Positions 49,976-52,013 of a DNA stretch of 52,013 bases are shown here, piece by piece. Numbering within the stretch: position 1 is the stretch's first letter; each line of letters opens with the position of its first letter. The position numbers and the translations under genes were made by a program. Below the pieces are notes generated by a model that saw only the letters and a list, made by a program, of their open reading frames with translations, did not search any database and was not told where the DNA came from. This DNA is from Candidatus Aenigmatarchaeota archaeon (GTDB lineage: Archaea > Aenigmatarchaeota > Aenigmatarchaeia > GW2011-AR5): the NCBI GenBank assembly GCA_039091535.1, contig JAWCLW010000005.1, positions 1 to 52,013 on the forward strand, read 5' to 3'.

Positions 49976-52012
49976 TTAAATAAATGAAAATATTGAAAAT
50001 ATATTTTTAATTAATAAAAGATATATTAATTGTTTATCAATTTTATTTTTTAAAAACATACCGGTTATTATATTTTTATCCTCTGTTTTATTAACATTTA
50101 CTTCAATAAATTTTTTTTGAATTATTTTTGAGTCCTTTATTAGAAAAAAATTGTATCTTCCATATGTTGCATTAAAGTTTATTGCTTTATTTTTTGATAC
50201 AATTGTATCATTTGGTGTAATTATCCAAATTTCACAATCTTCGCAATCAGTTGATATATTGATAGACGTGTTGTTTTTATTTATTGTCATATTTGGGATA
50301 GTTGGTCTTTGAATAATTTTTATTTCCTTATCGATGTTATGTTCTTTATTATCAATAATTTTAACTCTAAGATTATACATTCCACGTTCTATATCGTTCT
50401 TTATTTTATTTTTTAAAGTTATTATGAGTGTTTTTGCTTCTATTATTTGTTTGTTTGCATCCCATGTTTCTAACCACCTTTCACCATTATAACCAAGCGA
50501 AACAAGATTATTTCCTTTATGAACATAAGAATATAGTGTAATATTTTTTGTTTCATTGGCAGAGATTTTTACTTTTATATCAAATTCCTCATCAATATGA
50601 ATTGTGTCAGGATAATAGATAATCTCATATTCTGGTGTTTTGCACGGTTTGCAGGAACTACTGGAGTAAGATGTTATATACTCTTTTTGGCAAACAGAAC
50701 TTAAAATACCATTGATACTAACATTTTCAACAGCTATTAAATCTAAGCCTTCTACAACAATAAAATGATTACCATTTGTATAAGCATGGTTACAGTTTGG
50801 TTTTAGTTGTACTGGAATTTTTATGGTATACAATGTATTTTTTGATTTTAGATGTAATTTGGTTATCTCGCTTAGTTTATTCCCTTTATTATCTTTGACC
50901 CACAAATATATCACATACTTATTTGTAGAGTTTTTATATATTTCTAATTCTATATCAATAGATTCACCATACTTAGCTTCATTTCTAGAATTCACATCTT
51001 TTATTCTAATGTAAGAATTTTTGGTTTGATCCATACCCTTAAACAGTATTAATTTTTTATAGAAATTGTTTGTGTAATTTATATCATTGCAATTCGAATT
51101 TGTTATATTCGCTTTTATGTAATATCCTTCTGAGCCAATAATATCATCAGGTGTCCAACTTCTGATAACATTTTTATAGCATATTATATCTTGTGTTATG
51201 TTCGCATAATCTTTTTTATCTTCAAATAAATCTTCTATCCAATATTCTATTACTATAGGATGTTCTATACTATTACATAACGTATCATTTACAGTTAAAT
51301 TATATTTTATTGTCTCATTTTCATATAGAACTTTACTTGTTATATCTAAAGATAAATCACATGTGACTGGGTCTATTACTGTGATATTTTTACATACTAT
51401 ATCATTTGTTATGGTTGTATTATTTGCTGTTAAATTTAAAATCATACCACAGATTGAAAAATTTCCAGCATGAAATGGTATCCAAATGCCTGTATTACTT
51501 GTTGCAGAACATCCAATAGATTTTGTAAATGTATCATTTTTTATTATATCTGTTAAATTTGTTATGTTATAAAATACTGTAGCATTATCATAAATGCTAC
51601 AATTTTTTTTATTTACTATTTCTATCTTAAATAAGGATGTATATGTTGCATTTACAATCGTTATGTCTGGAAGATTAATTAAGATGATTGCATATATTGA
51701 TGTTGTTTCATTTGTATTTGTAGATCCTGGTGTTGGTATACATTCATAAAATATATCATCAATCCTGCATAAAGAATTACCTTCTTTTGCTATTGGTTGA
51801 TATGTTATGTTGTCAATTATATCTGTAGAATTTTTTAGGATTATAGTTTTATTATTTGTATTTATTAATCCACCACAGATAGAATTTGCATCGACATATA
51901 AAGCTATTGAATTCTCAGAAACATTAAAGTTTTGATAGACCTGCGACCCAGAGCCCCCGTCTGTTATTATGGCATATCCATTTGCAGAAATTTCGAATGT
52001 ATTATTAAGATA
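49976..52012 (-). CDS. Lamin-tail-domain cell-surface glycoprotein, 5'-partial
   Basis: Frame stays open from 51445 to the window end: ANGYAIIT...GGL.N...ID..Y...GNSL.R...PTPG (LTD-like). Many N-x-S/T sequons; hydrophobic C-terminus. Confidence 0.75.
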   Translation of the reverse strand, partial: YLNNTFEISANGYAIITDGGSGSQVYQNFNVSENSIALYVDANSICGGLINTNNKTIILKNSTDIIDNITYQPIAKEGNSLCRIDDIFYECIPTPGSTNTNETTSIYAIILINLPDITIVNATYTSLFKIEIVNKKNCSIYDNATVFYNITNLTDIIKNDTFTKSIGCSATSNTGIWIPFHAGNFSICGMILNLTANNTTITNDIVCKNITVIDPVTCDLSLDITSKVLYENETIKYNLTVNDTLCNSIEHPIVIEYWIEDLFEDKKDYANITQDIICYKNVIRSWTPDDIIGSEGYYIKANITNSNCNDINYTNNFYKKLILFKGMDQTKNSYIRIKDVNSRNEAKYGESIDIELEIYKNSTNKYVIYLWVKDNKGNKLSEITKLHLKSKNTLYTIKIPVQLKPNCNHAYTNGNHFIVVEGLDLIAVENVSINGILSSVCQKEYITSYSSSSCKPCKTPEYEIIYYPDTIHIDEEFDIKVKISANETKNITLYSYVHKGNNLVSLGYNGERWLETWDANKQIIEAKTLIITLKNKIKNDIERGMYNLRVKIIDNKEHNIDKEIKIIQRPTIPNMTINKNNTSINISTDCEDCEIWIITPNDTIVSKNKAINFNATYGRYNFFLIKDSKIIQKKFIEVNVNKTEDKNIITGMFLKNKIDKQLIYLLLIKNIFSIFSFI

Positions 52013-52013
52013 T

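Noticed and set aside
4382-51014. Many short ORFs nested in or antisense to long genes (e.g. 13580-14068, 19242-19610, 27365-27709)
   Set aside because: Phe/Ile/Ser-rich shadows of AT-rich coding strands, with no motifs.
1-52013. tRNA or rRNA genes
   Set aside because: Intergenic gaps are short and AT-rich; no cloverleaf or GC-rich structural RNA was seen by eye.

Overview
AT-rich archaeal chromosome segment. The housekeeping genes are archaeal types (TyrRS, RadB, Cdc48, type II MetAP, RtcA, beta-CASP nuclease, Lhr), and the overall content suggests a DPANN lineage such as Aenigmarchaeota (inference). 0.5-2.4 kb is a scar zone of gene fragments: truncated TrmB, frameshifted DHH phosphoesterase, broken tyrosine recombinase and a dead methyltransferase. 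2.5-22.9 kb is a surface-glycan island. It holds an ADP-heptose pathway (RfaE kinase, RfaE adenylyltransferase, GmhB, cupin; no GmhA or HldD in the window), four GT9 heptosyltransferase-like genes, two GT4, a GT2, GalU/Ugd/uronate epimerase, a B12 radical SAM, a methyltransferase, an FAD oxidoreductase, a deoxyhypusine-synthase-fold protein and a serpin. It also holds an RHH + degenerate nucleotidyltransferase fusion whose candidate operator (AAGTATGA) recurs at the start of the heptose operon. This regulated archaeal heptosylation module is the best candidate for an undescribed system. 23-52 kb is mostly housekeeping (udg-polX, rtcA, tyrS, serS, topA, carAB, radB, cdc48, map, lhr-MPE, lamin-tail surface protein). 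Features missed by the ORF track include cas6 and pyrE-like pseudogenes and a 45-aa membrane protein. No tRNA, rRNA or CRISPR array was seen. All assignments come from reading motifs by eye; no database search was run.
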